Source: Mustelus asterias (taxonomy: Eukaryota). Taken from it: a DNA stretch of 64,000 nt. The notes under the pieces were generated by a model. It saw only the letters and a program-made list of their open reading frames with translations. It did not search any database and was not told the origin of the DNA. Position 1 is the first letter of the stretch, and each line of letters starts with the position of its first letter. Shown here one piece after another: positions 11,238 to 24,499 of the stretch. Position numbers and translations under genes: made by a program. Location: assembly GCF_964213995.1 (NCBI RefSeq), contig NC_135808.1, positions 35,650,001 through 35,714,000 on the forward strand. The letters are read 5' to 3'.

Positions 11238-13359
11238 TAAAGACTTGTATTCCTATTACAGTCTGGACCTTGTTTGAGTGATGTTGCTCAGCGTACAATA
11301 GACCAGGATGATTGTGACCATTCTCTCTCTCTGGAGAATACTGTGATCCACTTTAAGATGTAGCCAGTACCTGAAACAGATATCAGGGCATCCTTTTGAA
11401 AGGGTACCGAAATCAGAATTAAGAGACAGGCTGCCCCCCCACCGCTGCCTCCCTGCCACAATGGGCATTGGGACCAACACCTTCCTCCCCCCCCCCCCCG
11501 CCCACCCCCAATCTATCCACCAATAATCTCTTCCCCTTGCCCCCATTCATCATTGCTGGCAATTCCCCATTCCATATCCTCTCCCTGTCTGCTGAATCTG
11601 CCCCTTGGCACTGCCAGGTTGGCACAGCCAGGGTACTAGGGCACTGCCCTGCCATGTCCCTGACCAGCTGGGGACTACACAGGCATCCGCACCCACAGGC
11701 ACTATCATCTCGACTGTTGGAGTGCAGTAGTGGTTCCTGCTGGTGTGCCATTACACTGGCGGGGGAATATCTGATGTCCCTAGAAGATATGCATTATGCT
11801 ATTTAACCATGTTTAAATGCATTCAAATTGATAGTTATCAGCTTCTTGCCCTAGCTTGACATGAACCTAGTTACGTCACCAGCAGGGTGGGGTGGGGAAG
11901 ATCTCATTATATGACCTCGCCGGCGCAAAACCCATTATGGCCCTCTCGCAAGAGTTAGCATCCATAACAGGATTTGTGACTACGGCAAACGGGCCCAGAA
12001 GATTGTGGTCACTACCTCTGTGCTGGACTTTGAAGCTGTACAGGTAGGACTTTCATTTGAGAGAGCATGATGGGACTTTAGTGCCTCATTGATAGTATCT
12101 CCAAACTACCACAGCTTCTGAGCTTAGTAGGTGCAAGAAAGAGATTTCAAAATGGTTTCTTGTCGCATAACCTTTTCCCATGATTTCAGAAAGGTTTGTC
12201 TATCCAGAGAGTGCAGAGTTTTAGCTGATCTGGTGACGGATGACCAGAAACGTAAAATCTTCAACCCTTTGGACTTAAGAGTGATCAACCAGGAAGGAAA
12301 AGAGTAAACGTAATTGGTGAACGAGGGTCTAGACCTTGGATATGAGGGATTGACATCGACAGAAGCATTGTGGTGAATGGACATTGTGGTCAGAGGGGGC
12401 GGGGGGGGGGGGGGGTGCGTGTGCGCACGTGCATGGGGTCTCAGGAGTGGGTATGGGGCAGAATCAGACCCTGCTTTAGGAGGTGATGTGACTTATAGAC
12501 AGATCCTCTTCAGGTGATGGGTGTTTGACTAACACCATGGGTAATGTTTGTACTCTCCTTTCTGAGAGGATTACAATCCTGAGTATGAGGAGGGAGTGGG
12601 GGGTGAGTCTCTCCCTCAGCCCATACATCAATGTATAACGATATGATATGTTCACCTTTCATTCTTCTAAGATTCATTTCGTATTCAGGAAAAGATCTTG
12701 AGGTTGTTGTTTATCTGCTGTTTTATCGATCTTCTGTATAGATTTATATCTTAGAAATTCACTTTTTCAACTTAACCCAAACTCTGAGTTGTCAGCATAG
12801 TGTGTTCCTATTCACTGAAACACGAGCCTACAGTAAGAGCCCTGTATAGAATATATTGGTCAATTGGGCTGGTATACTTTCTCCATTAATGAATTTATAA
12901 TTTCCAGTTCACAGGAAGCATGATGTTTCCCTAAGAAAAGAAGAACTGAATTTATATAAATAACTTCATGAATGCAGCACATTTGAAAACACCTAAACAA
13001 ACCGTTTTTTGAAGCGTAGTTTGGAAACATGGCAGACAATTTGTGCATAGGACGATCCCAAAATGTGATAATGTCCAGAAAATCTGTTTTTGTGACATTT
13101 TATTGCAGTATCCATTTTGGCCGGGACATCCTGGATTTTAGCTAAGGGGGCGGCGAAAGGTTATTGAAAGGCGGAGCAGTCGCCAGGGGACTAATGGCTG
13201 ACTCATGCTCCTAATTCATATGTTCATATAACTCCCCTGTTCTTCAACAATATAGTGTCATTGGACCTCCTACATTCACCTGAGAGGGCAAATGAGGGCC
13301 TTGATTTAACTCATCTGAAAGATGTTACCTCGGACAATGCAGCACTCCCTCAGTGGGGG

Positions 13360-13545
13360 TCGGTATGCTCAGTTGCCTGATGGCTGGTTTGTGATGCAGA
13401 AGGACGGCAACAGCACAGGTTCAATTCCCATACTGGCCAAGGTTATTCGTGAAGGCCGCCTTCTCAACCGTACCTCTTGCCTGAGGTGTGGTAACCCTCA
13501 AGTTAAATCACCACCAGCCTATGGTCATCTGGGACTTTGGCGAAT
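13360..13545 (+). mobile_element. tRNA-derived SINE of a second family (related copies ~32855-33045 and ~43090-43210 on minus)
   Basis: GCTCAGTTG..GGTTCAATTCC head and shared TGAGGTGTGGTAACCCTCAAGTTAAATCACCA body. Confidence 0.55.
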
Positions 13546-13922
13546 TGACCATTACCTTACTCCCTCAGTACTGCACTGCAGTGTCAGCCTCTGCTCAAGT
13601 CTCTGGAGCGAAATTTGAACCCACAACACACTTCGACACGGGAGTGCTAACTAAACCACGGCTGACAATAACTTAGAATATTTCTGTTGTCTTAGATTCA
13701 GTTTTTAAGGAGTTAAGTTCCAAGGCTGTGTACGGGATGCTTCTCCGCCTGTAAACTGGCAGCCTGAAAGCTTGATTTGATTTAAAGTGGTAACTGGTTG
13801 GAGCTGCAGGTGTCAGTGTTGTCTTTATGTTTGGGTTCCTGAGGCTGTGAAAAGTGATAAAGTCCCTGGTGTCAGCTGCAATGGACATTTTAAGGGATTG
13901 TCTTCAATCAGTACTGCTGATT

Positions 13923-14292
13923 GGGCGGCACGGTAGCACAGTAGGGCGGCACGGTAGCACAGTGGTTAGCACTGCTGCTTCACAGCTCCAGGGACCTGGG
14001 TTCGATTCCCGGCTTGGGTCACTGTCTGTGTGGAGTTTGCACATTCTCCCTGTGTCTGCGTGGGTTTCCTCCGGGTGCTCTGGTTTCCTCCCACAGTCCA
14101 AAGATGTGCGGGTTAGGTTGATTGGCCATGCTAAAATTGCCCCTTAGTGTCCTGGGATGCGTGGATTAGAGGGATTAGCGGGTAAAATATGTAGGGATAT
14201 GGGGGTAGGGCCTGGGTGGGATTGTGGTCGGTGCAGACTCGATGGGCTGAATGGCCTCTTTCTGCACTGTAGGGTTTCTATGATTCTATGAT
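13923..14292 (+). mobile_element. HE1-like V-SINE with duplicated ~21-nt head
   Basis: GGGCGGCACGGTAGCACAGT occurs twice, then a canonical body and TTCTATGA tail. Confidence 0.92.
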
Positions 14293-15729
14293 TAACCATT
14301 CTGCTTTCATTCACTCATGAAAGTCCTATTGTTTAGGCACAGTCTGTCTTGAATAAACCAGTTTACCCAGGAAAGCTCAGTGAGGTTGTTGAGCTTGTTT
14401 CCAAATCCCTCCATGGCCTCTCCCCTCCCTATCCCTGTAATCTCTTGCACTCCTCAGTGCTGCACTGGAGAGTCGACCAGGATTTTTTGTGCTCAAGTCC
14501 TGGAGTGGGACTTGAACCCACAACCCTCTGACTCAGAGACCAAGATTGTGGGTTCAAGTCCAACTCCAGATGGATTATTCCATGAACATGGATTAAAGTT
14601 GTTGTCAGGGTCACACGAATAATTCCTCAGACTCTGGGCTCCCTGTACAAACCGCCACCCAGCATTTATTGAAATACAAACATGTTGTAAAATGAGTGAA
14701 GAAATTATCCTGTAGATGCATTTATCATGAAGTCAATCAGATCACAATGTACCACCCTTAAATAAAACTGCTTCAGAGTATGAAACTACTTGACAAATAT
14801 GCAACAACCAAACACACACGGATTGGGATCGAGAGTTTACATTAGTTTGTGCCATTTTTGTCTGCATAATTTGGCTGAAATTGACCATATCAGAAAATTT
14901 AAATGCAAGTTAAATATGAAGTGTACAAAGAACAGGACAACAGATAACAGGCACTTTGGCCCACCAAATCTGTGCCGACACATGATGCCTTTCTAATCTA
15001 AAGACCTTTTGCCTCTACATGGTCCGTATCACTTTATTCCCTTCCCATTCATGTATCTGTCAAGATGCTTCTTAAACATTGCTATTCCATCTGCTTCTAC
15101 CGCCTCATCTGGCATCGCTTTTCAAGCACTTGCCAATCTCTGGATTAAAAACTTGGCTCTCACAACTCCCTCCAACTTTTCCCCTTTCAGTGGAAACATC
15201 CTCTCCACGTCCACTCTATCCAGGCCTTGCAGTATCTTGTAAGCTTCAATAAGATCTCCCCCTCATCCTTCTAAACTCCCAACGAGTACAGACCCAGTCC
15301 CTGAGTGAGTGTCACCGGGCGGAGTGACTGAGGGTGCATGTTTTACCGGGTTGTGAACACCAAACGCAAGAGTGTGAATTTAAGTCTAAATCAAGACAAA
15401 AGATTGGAGGCAACCAGATTTCTCAACTGTGGGCTTTTAAAAAAAACAGATTAATGTTTAGTTCACTTCATTGGAAGAGAGCTGGACAGAGGGTGGTGGG
15501 TGCCTGGAACTCACTGCCAGGGGAGGTAGTGGAAGCAGATACAATAGTGAGTTTTAAGAGGCATCTGAACAAATACATGAATAAGATGGGAATAGAAGGA
15601 TCTGGTCCCTGGATGAGTAGGGCGTTTTAGTTCAGTTGGGCAGCATGGTCGGTGCAGGCTTGGAGGGCCAAAGGGCCTGTTCCTGTGCTGTAATTTTCTT
15701 TGTTCTTTTACCTTAAACCTATGTCCCCC

Positions 15730-16887
15730 AGTAAGGCATTTGACAAAGTCCCACATGGCAGGTTGGTTAAGAAGGTTAAGGCTCATGGGATACAAGGAGA
15801 AGTGGCTAGATGGGTGGAGAACTGGCTTGGCCATAGGAGACAGAGGGTAGTGGTCGAAGGGTCTTTTTCCGGCTGGAGGTCTGTGACCAGTGGTGTTCTG
15901 CAGGGCTCTGTACTGGGACCTCTGCTATTTGTGATATATATAAATGATTTGGAAGAAGGTGCAACCGGTGTAATCAGCAAGTTTGCGGATGACACGAAGA
16001 TGGCTGGACTTGCGGATAGCGAAGAGCATTGTCGGGCAATACAGCAGGATATAGATAGGCTGGAAAATTGGGCGGAGAGGTGGCAGATGGAGTTTAATCC
16101 GGATAAATGCGAAGTGATGCATTTTGGAAGAAATAATGTAGGGAGGAGTTATACAATAAATGGCAGAGTCATCAGGAGTATAGAAACACAGAGGGACCTA
16201 GGTGTGCAAGTCCACAAATCCTTGAAGGTGGCAACACAGGTGGAGAAGGTGGTGAAGAAGGCATATGGTATGCTTGCCTTTATAGGACGGGGTATAGAGT
16301 ATAAAAGCTGGAGTCTGATGATGCAGCTGTATAGAACGCTGGTTAGGCCACATTTGGAGTACTGCGTCCAGTTCTGGTCGCCGCACTACCAGAAGGACGT
16401 GGAGGCGTTAGAGAGAGTGCAGAGAAGGTTTACCAGGATGTTGCCTGGTATGGAGGGTCTTAGCTATGAGGAGAGATTGGGTAAACTGGGGTTGTTCTCC
16501 CTGGAAAGACGGAGAATGAGGGGAGATCTAATAGAGGTGTACAAGATTATGAAGGGGATAGATAGGGTGAACGGTGGGAAGCTTTTTCCCAGATCAGAAG
16601 TGACGTTCACAAGGGGTCACGGGCTCAAGGTGAGAGGGGCGAAGTGTAACTCAGATATTAGAGGGATGTTTTTTACACAGAGAGTGGTGGGGGCCTGGAA
16701 TGCGCTGCCAAGTAGGGTGGTGGAGGCAGGCACGCTGACATCGTTTAAGACTTACCTGGATAGTCACATGAGCAGCCTGGGAATGCAGGGATACAAACGA
16801 TTGGTCTAGTTGGACTAAGGAGCGGCACAGGCTTGGAGGGTCGAAGGGCCTGTTTCCTGTGCTGTACTGTTCTTTGTTCTTTGTTCT
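15730..16887 (+). mobile_element. Young 5'-truncated CR1 LINE (RT C-terminal part open)
   Basis: ORF to 16809 with KAFDKV, QGSVLGP, FADD; TTCTTTG-repeat tail; preceded by smaller CR1 scraps at 14925-15710. Confidence 0.95.
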
Positions 16888-16969
16888 AAGAAGTCTCAGA
16901 ACACCAGGTTAAAGACAAACATGTTTATTTGGAATCATGAGCTTTCAGAGCGCTATTCCAAGAATATTA

Positions 16970-17920
16970 ACATACCCTTTGCTAGACTCATCATCAACCA
17001 TGTCCTTCTCCTTTGTGAATACCGATGCAAAGTATTTGTTAAGGACCTCATCCACTTCCTCCAGCTCCACACATAAATTCCCTCCTTTGTCCTTGAGTGG
17101 ACCTACCCTTCCCCTAGTTACCCTCTTGCTCCTTTATATACATGTAAAATACCTTGGGATTTTCCTTAATCCTGTTTGTCAAAGACATTTCATGGGCTCC
17201 TTTTAGCCTCCTAACTCCTTGTTTAATTTCTTTCCTGCTTTCTATATATTCTTCACTGTCTGTCTTCAGTTTCCAAAACCTTACTTATGCCTCCTTTTTC
17301 TTATTGACTAAGGTCACAATTTCTCTTCACCCAAGGTTCCCAAATCTTGCCATCCTTGTCCTTCATTTTCACATGAACATGCTGGTCCTCAACTCTAATC
17401 AACTGGCCTTTAAAAGATTCCCACATGACATGTGGATTTACCCTCAAACAGCTGCCTGCAATCTACATTCCCCAGTTCCTGCCTAATATTGTCATAGTTA
17501 GCCTTCCTCCAGTTTAGTACTTTCACCTGAGGTCTACTCTTATCCTGATCCATAAATAACTTAAAACTTACGGAATTATGGTCACTGTTTCCAAACTGCT
17601 CCCCCCCTCCCTCCTCCCTCCCTCCCCTCCTTTGATAACCTGGCGAGGCTTATTTCCCAATACCAGGCGTAATATGGCTCCTTCCAGAGTTGGACTATTT
17701 ACATATTGCTTCAAGAAACCTGCCTGGACACACCTAACAAATCCCCTGCCAATTAAGCCCCTGGCATGAAGGGAGTCCCAGTCAAATAAGGGAAGTTACA
17801 ATCACCCACCATAACAACTCTGCTGTTTTAAATTTTTCCATAATCTGTCCACATATCTCTGTCTCCGGCTGGCTGTTGGGAAGGCTCTAGTCCAACCCCA
17901 TCAGAGTGATTTCACCATTC
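16970..17920 (-). mobile_element. Decayed CR1 ORF2 (endonuclease / linker region)
   Basis: Minus-strand YFASVFTKEKD and VMVGDCNFP-like motifs with many stops. Confidence 0.75.
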
Positions 17921-19071
17921 CTAAAATCATATATTGAACTTTTGTGATCTTTAACACTGATTTGTTAAACATCACCCAGGAGGCGATTCCCAAATGGGAA
18001 TGAGAGTGGTGAGTTTCTGCCGATTGCACCTGCTTGAGGCGGCTCTTCAAATTACACTCAGGATTTTTGGGTGTTCAGGCACGAACAATCTGGGGCAGGA
18101 CATTCCTGGGAAAGGAAAATGAACTGGGACATCCCAGGAGAGGTAAACGGATCAGGACAGCTCAGGAGAATAACCTGAAGAGCTGAATAAGTCTCAGAAT
18201 TTGGAGCTGAGGAAGGCTGAACCTCTACAGCAGGCGAGCCCTGGGCAGGGTAGGACTGTAAGATATCAAACCATGGGGCATCTACTCACACTGAGCCTCA
18301 GCACACTCCCTGAATCAACAAGAAATCCCAGGAATAGAGGAACTCCTCAGTTACTGGGTCAATTTCCCCTCTCTGGGTCTCCCTCTCTCTCCTGTCCATG
18401 TGCTGATCCCACCACTGCACATCATCACTGCCTTGGATGCTGTGGATCTTCCTCTTCTGATCTGCTGTCAAACACATCCGAGGCGACACATCCCACACTG
18501 ATGTCAGTTTGAAAGCCTCCGAGGATGAAGAATGCGATTCCCACACTAGAAATCTCTGTCAAACATTTACCAGGGGAACTGAGACAGCAGCTGCAATAAG
18601 TGAGGTTTTATTCAGATGGGACAATGACAAGTTTAAATCTCCACCTGATCTGCTGCTCAAAGTCGCCTCCGTTTCACTGGTCAGTTTCCCAAACTTCTGG
18701 AAACTCATGTTACTCCAGAAATATTTGGATTGGCTGTGAGAGACGTCAATCAGAGAGCCCACCCACTCTGCCCATTCCCTCCTCTTCCTCTTTCACAGCT
18801 GCTTCACTTCCTGTAGGGACTGAAAACCAAGTGAGGAGATGGTGAGTGAAGGAGCAGAATTTATAATAATTACATTGCATAATATCCACACTAATGTTCA
18901 GGCAGTCTGACTATCCTGTGGGGAATCAGGTGTGGAAATGTCCCTTATGCTGTGTGAGAAGATCCAGCTGAAAGACCTGTTTACTCGGTGCTTTGTGCTG
19001 AGCTGTTTGATTGGAGCTGTGTGTTGGATATTGAGTGTGTTGATGGGAAGCATTTCCCTTCTGATTTACAG

Positions 19072-19110
19072 GCTGAGTTTTGTTGATGGATCATTACTGA
19101 ATATGAGAAG
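19072..19110 (+). other. Predicted 39-nt leader exon of ZNF unit B
   Basis: TTTCCCTTCTGATTTACAG acceptor, AAG|GTGAG donor; same boundaries at 52985-53023(+) and 50366-50404(-). Confidence 0.55.
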
Positions 19111-19564
19111 GTGAGCTGTAATTATCTGGGAGTGGCTAGCACTTCCTGCCCAGTATGTTTTCTTCAAATGATTTGGGAAAATAAGGGGGAATTAATATTT
19201 CTGCTGATTGAAAAAGGACTTGCATCTGATCCCCACACAGGGCAATAGCAGACTGGCACTTACTGTGAAACAGTCTGTAACTGAGGAGTTAGTCCCGTCA
19301 GCAAAGGAGGAGAGGGAGTTGGAGGAAATCATGTTTCCTTTTCCTGTTTTACAGAAGGATTGCACCATACTACACCAGAGAATACAGAGAGGATAGACAC
19401 CACAGATAGATCCTGACCATCACCCAAGGAAGAACTGTACAAGTGTGGGAAGACATCCAGTCCCTTCCCAGCATTGCTCAAGGTTGGTCAGTGAAACCAT
19501 CATCTGGAAATCGATCGGGTCAGGGGTATGGATCTGTTGAGCAACTGTTAACACAAGACGCTCC

Positions 19565-20332
19565 ATGGAAGTGAAACCATTTAAGTGTGATATGTGCGGT
19601 AAAGCCTTTGTGACATCTACCGTACTCTTAAGACATCAGAGGAAGCACACAGGAGAGAAACCCTTTAAGTGTGAGGTTTGTGAGTTGGCTTTCACCCAAT
19701 CTTCTCAGCTCCTGAGGCACAGGAAGATTCACACTGGGGAGAAACCATTCACATGTGAGGTGTGCAACAAATCATTCTCACAGTCGTGTAGCCTCCGCAG
19801 ACACCAACGTACTCACACAGGGGAGAAGCCATTTATCTGCGAGGTGTGCGATAAATCATTTTCCCAATCATCAACCCTCTGCATCCACCAACGCATTCAC
19901 ACTGGGGAAAAACCATTCAAGTGTCATGTGTGTGATAAAGCCTTTACACAATCGTCAAAACTCCTGCTCCATCAGAGAGTCCACACAGGGGTAAAACCAT
20001 TCAAGTGTGAGGTTTGTAACCAATCATTCTTGTCATCATCAACTCTCCGCTCACATCAACGCATTCACACTGGAGAGAAACCATTTGCCTGTGAGACATG
20101 TGACAAATCATTCTCTCAGTTATCGACACTCCGTGTACACCGACGCACTCACACAGGAGAGAAACCTTTCAAATGTGAGGTGTGTGACAAATCATTCTCA
20201 GGATCATCACACCTCCGTGTGCATGAACGCATTCACAAAATGGAGAAACCATTCAAGTGTGAGGTGTGTAACAAATCATTCTCGGAGTCATCAAAACTGC
20301 TGCTCCATCAGAGGATTCACACAGGGGAGTAA
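19565..20332 (+). CDS. Tandem C2H2 zinc-finger protein B (9 fingers, 255 aa)
   Basis: Intact ORF from ccATGG (MEVKPF); canonical TGEKPF linkers; no N-terminal domain. Confidence 0.9.
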   Translation: MEVKPFKCDMCGKAFVTSTVLLRHQRKHTGEKPFKCEVCELAFTQSSQLLRHRKIHTGEKPFTCEVCNKSFSQSCSLRRHQRTHTGEKPFICEVCDKSFSQSSTLCIHQRIHTGEKPFKCHVCDKAFTQSSKLLLHQRVHTGVKPFKCEVCNQSFLSSSTLRSHQRIHTGEKPFACETCDKSFSQLSTLRVHRRTHTGEKPFKCEVCDKSFSGSSHLRVHERIHKMEKPFKCEVCNKSFSESSKLLLHQRIHTGE

Positions 20333-20496
20333 GTCAACAGGAATGAGAATTGCAATGAAACCTTCTTGATGTCTTTGACTCTCTTGGGACGCCAGAGGAT
20401 TCACAGAGGAGAGGAACTCCTCAGGTGTGAGGTGTGTGACGAGGCTCTCACACAGCACATATGCTGCTCCATAAACACTCTCACATGGGAGAAACT

Positions 20497-22095
20497 GGGT
20501 GCTGGGAAAATTGGTGGGATTGAAGGCAGATAAATTTCCAGGGCCTGATAATCTACATCCCCAAGTACTTAAGGAAGTGGCTTTAGAAATAGTGGATGCA
20601 TTGCTGGTCATTTTCCCAGATTCTATAGACTCTGGAACAGTCCCTGCAGATTGGAGGGTAGTTAATGTCACTCCAATATTCAAAAAGGGAGGTAGAGAGA
20701 AAACAAGGAATTATAGACCAGTAAGCCTAACATCGGTACTGGGGAATATTCTTGAATCCATTATCAAGGACTTTATAGCGGAGCATTTAGAAAGCAGTGC
20801 CAGGATTAGAAGAGTCAGGATTATGAAGGGGAAATCATGCTTGACAAATCTGTTGGAATTCCTTGAAGATGTAATGAGTAGAGTTGACAAGGGGGGCCAG
20901 TCGATGTGGTATATTTGGACTTTCAGAAAGTGTTTGAAAAAATCCTGCATAAGAGATTATCATGCAAGATTAAAATGCATGGGATTGGGGGAAGTGTATT
21001 GAGATGGATAGAAAACTGGTTGGCAGAGAGGAAACAAAGAGTAGGAATGAATGGGTCCTTTTCAAATTGTCAGGCAGTAACTAGTGGGGTGCCATAGGGA
21101 TTGGTGCTGGGACCCCAGCTACTCACAGCATATATTAATGATTTGGATGAGAGAACATAATGTAACATCGCAAAGTTTGCAGATGATACCAAGTTGGGTG
21201 GGAGGGTGAACTGTGACGAGGATGCAAAGATCCTTCAGCATGATCTGGACAGGTTGGGTGAGTGGGCAAATCAATGACAGATGCAGTATAATTAGGATAA
21301 ATGTGAGATTATTCACTTTGGAAGCAAAAACAAGAAGGCAGATGACTACAAGACTGGCTGTAAATTGGGAGAGGGGAGTGTTCAGCGGGACTTGGGTGTC
21401 CTTGTGCACCAGTCGCTGAAGGTAAGCATGCAGGTGCAGGAGGCAAATGGTATATTGGCCTTCATTGTGAGAGGTTTTGAATACAGGGGCAGGGATGTGT
21501 TGTTGCAATTATACAGGGCCTTGGTGAGGCCACACCTAGAGTATTGTGTGCAGTTTTGGTCTCTTTTTCTGAGGAAGGATGTTCTTGCTTTCGCGGAAGT
21601 GCAGTGAAAGTTTACCAGATTGATTCTAGGGATGACGGGACTGATCTATGAGGAGAGATTGACTAGGTTAGGATTGTTTTCGCTGGAGTTCAGACGAATG
21701 AGGGGCAAATCTCTTATAAGAGACTTATAAAATTCTAACAGGACTAAACCGGGTAGATGCAGGAAGGATATTCCCGATGATAGGGGAGTCCAGAACCAGG
21801 GGGGGTCGCAGTCTTAGGATTCGGGGAAGACCATTTAGGATGGAGGTGAGAAGACATTTCTTCACCCAAAGAGTGGTGAGCCTGTGGAATTCATTACCTC
21901 AGGAAGTAGTTGATGCCGAAACATTAAATATATTCAAGAGGCAGCTAGATATAGCACTTGAGGCAAATGGGATGAAAGGTTATGGGGACAAAGCAGGATT
22001 AGGCTATTGAGTTGGGCAATCAGCTATGAGCGTAATGAATGGCGGAGCAGGCGCGAAGGGGAAAATGGCCTCCTCCTCCTCCTATCTTCCATGTA
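20497..22095 (+). mobile_element. Decayed CR1 LINE inserted into vestigial fingers 3' of ZNF-B
   Basis: [32 protein letters not shown] across frameshifts; splits a GEK/PYCCEFCNK remnant. Confidence 0.92.
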
Positions 22096-22239
22096 AACCC
22101 TATTGCTGTGAGTTCTGTAATAAAGAACCCAGTTGTTGGATCTTCTGGAACAATCAGTGAATCCTGTGGGGAACAACGTGACAAAATTCTTGTTGATCTG
22201 TTGTCAGAATGTGAATCTCTTACACAAGCTGACTGCAAA

Positions 22240-23470
22240 GGATGTTCAGTGGTATTGAGGCACAGAACAAGAAGCAGTTTTCACTCACATCAAACAACTA
22301 GTGATGACAACGCCAGTGCTGAAGGTACTATGATGTCAGTGATGAAGTTACCCTGCAGTGAGATGCCAGTGAAACAGGACTCGGAGCAACCGTCATGCAG
22401 CAAGGAGAGCCAGTTGTGTTTGTACCCAGAGCATTAACACAAACTGATCAATGGCATCTTGTACAAGGGACTGTGGGCATTATCCCTCGAGATGAGAAAA
22501 GAAATGCTGAAGCATAAAGCAATGGAGTCTAGTCTGAGGAAGGAAAGAGAAATGCTCTATTGGTTAAACATGAGTAATGAAATTAAGAACAACATCAGCC
22601 AGTGAAGTTCTTGTAGTAAACATCAAGCTAAGACAAAGCTGTTCATGACTCATTACATCCTAAGCAGACCATGGATGAAGCTTGGAGTAGATCTTTTCAC
22701 TCTCACTGGAACTGATTATCTCATCAAAATCAACTAATGTTCAGACTACTGGGAGTCAGACCAGCTGATGTCAACAACTACCAGTGAGATTGTAGAATAC
22801 CTGAAAACACACTTCAGTTGTCCTGGCATTCCTGACATTGTGATGAGTGACAATGGCCTTCAATTCACAAATGAAAAATTCAGACACTTGATGAGTGATT
22901 CGGAAATTAGCACTACTCATCATCTCCACACTATCCACAGTCAAATGGAAAGGCTGGACCAGTGATGAACATTACTAAAGGCATCATCAAAGAATCAACT
23001 GGATCCAGCACAGTACAAAGGAATCTTAGAGTGGAGAAACAGGCATACTCCAGGCATGACAAGTTGTCCAGTCCAGTGACTAATAACATGCTGCACCCAG
23101 ACCCACTCTTCCAACAGCTAAAAAATGACTGAGGCCAGATATAACAACAGGAGTGAGTGACAAGATCAAAGTGAAAAGTCGGAAAGACAAATTTCGCTTT
23201 GCTAAAGCTGCAGCATCATTGCCTGAGTTGAGAGTTGGAGAGTCGGTCAGAGAGCAAACATTCAATAAACTCAACAAAAATCAACTCATGGGACAACTCG
23301 GGCCCTGTATAGAGAAGTTGTCAGCTTGATTGTGTACGGTGAAAATGAACAACCAGATCAATTATTGCAACCGCAGACATCTATGTGTGACAAGAGAAGC
23401 TGTTCCTTCACAGCAGACAGCTGATGAGGCAGATCTAATTTCACCAACTGATCAAGGAACCAAGGTCAGC
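22240..23470 (+). mobile_element. Ty3/Gypsy pol remnant (RNase H start + integrase)
   Basis: RPWMKLGVDLF, GIPDIVMSDNGLQF, SSPHYPQSNGKA integrase core motifs with stops. Confidence 0.85.
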
Positions 23471-23754
23471 CGCTCCCCAGTATCATACCGCAATGTAATA
23501 GCGGTGTGAATTGTTCACCTCACACTCTTCCAGGATTCACTTCATATTCAAAGAAAGATCTTGAGTCTTTTTCAAATGCTTTGTTATTTTGATTGATTCA
23601 GAGTTTGGTGTAAGCTGAATATTATGTTGTTGTTTGTCTGATGTTTTATCAATCTTCTGTATAGATTTATAACACAATAAATTTATTTTTTAAACTTAAA
23701 GCAAACCACCTAATTTGTCTGTATGGTGTGGTCCTATACACTGAAATGCTCAGG

Positions 23755-24078
23755 AGCGGCATGGTGGCACAGTGGTTAGCACTACAGCCTCACAGTGCTA
23801 GGGACTTGGGTCCAATTCCTGCCTTGGGTGTCTGTCTGTGTGGAGGTTGCACATTCTCCCCGTGTTCTGCATGGGTTTCCTCGGGGTGCTCCAGTTTCCT
23901 CCCACAATTCAAAGATTTGCAGGTTCGGTGGAATGTTAAATTTCCCCTTTGTGTCCAAAGATGTGTAAATTAGGGGGATTGTCAGAATAAATGCATGGAG
24001 TTCCAGGGATGGGCCTGGTTAAGATGTCGGAGATTTGGTGCAGACCGAATGGCCTCTTTCTACACTGTAAAGATTCTC
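23755..24078 (+). mobile_element. Older HE1-like V-SINE
   Basis: Diverged tRNA head and V core. Confidence 0.8.
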
Positions 24079-24499
24079 TGAGCTTACAGTAAGAGTCCTG
24101 GACACAATATATTGGTCAGTGTCACTGGGGGCTGGTATACTTTCTCCATCAATGGGTTTAGAATTTCCAGTTCATAGGAAGCTTAATGTTTCCCTAAGAA
24201 AGAAAGACTTGCATTTATATGTGAACTTTGATTAACTTGGTTTCTGAAAGCATTTTACAGCCAATTAAGTGTTTCGAAAGTGTAGTCACTGTTGTAATGT
24301 AGGAAATGTGGCAGCCAATTAGTGCACAGCAAGCTCCCACAAACAGCAGTATGACAATGACCAGATCTATTTTTGTGACATTGATTGCAGGATCCATTTT
24401 GACCAGGACATCTGGGATAACTCCCCAGCTCTTCTACAACATAGTGTCATGGGATCTTTTATATTCACCAGATGGCAGACAGAGCCTTGGTTTAACTCC

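Noticed and set aside
12395-12432. G-run as a regulatory G-quadruplex (also the C-run at 11485-11510)
   Set aside because: Simple homopolymers in repeat-derived sequence with no supporting context
13854-14147. Recurrent short ORFs containing VSAWVSSGCSGFLPQSK
   Set aside because: Translations of the non-coding V-SINE body
18509-18845. Repeat-module ORFs (ISEVLFRWDNDKFK.. or RFYSDGTMTSL..) as a novel N-terminal effector domain
   Set aside because: Non-ATG starts, copies in both orientations including far from any finger exon, and no splice path in frame with the ZNF ATG; cDNA would be needed to exclude it fully
19072-19110. TGT-TGA (aligned to TGT-TGC in unit D) as a Cys-selenocysteine motif
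   Set aside because: No SECIS recognised, the frame stops again 13 codons into the next exon, and a single substitution in D explains the alignment
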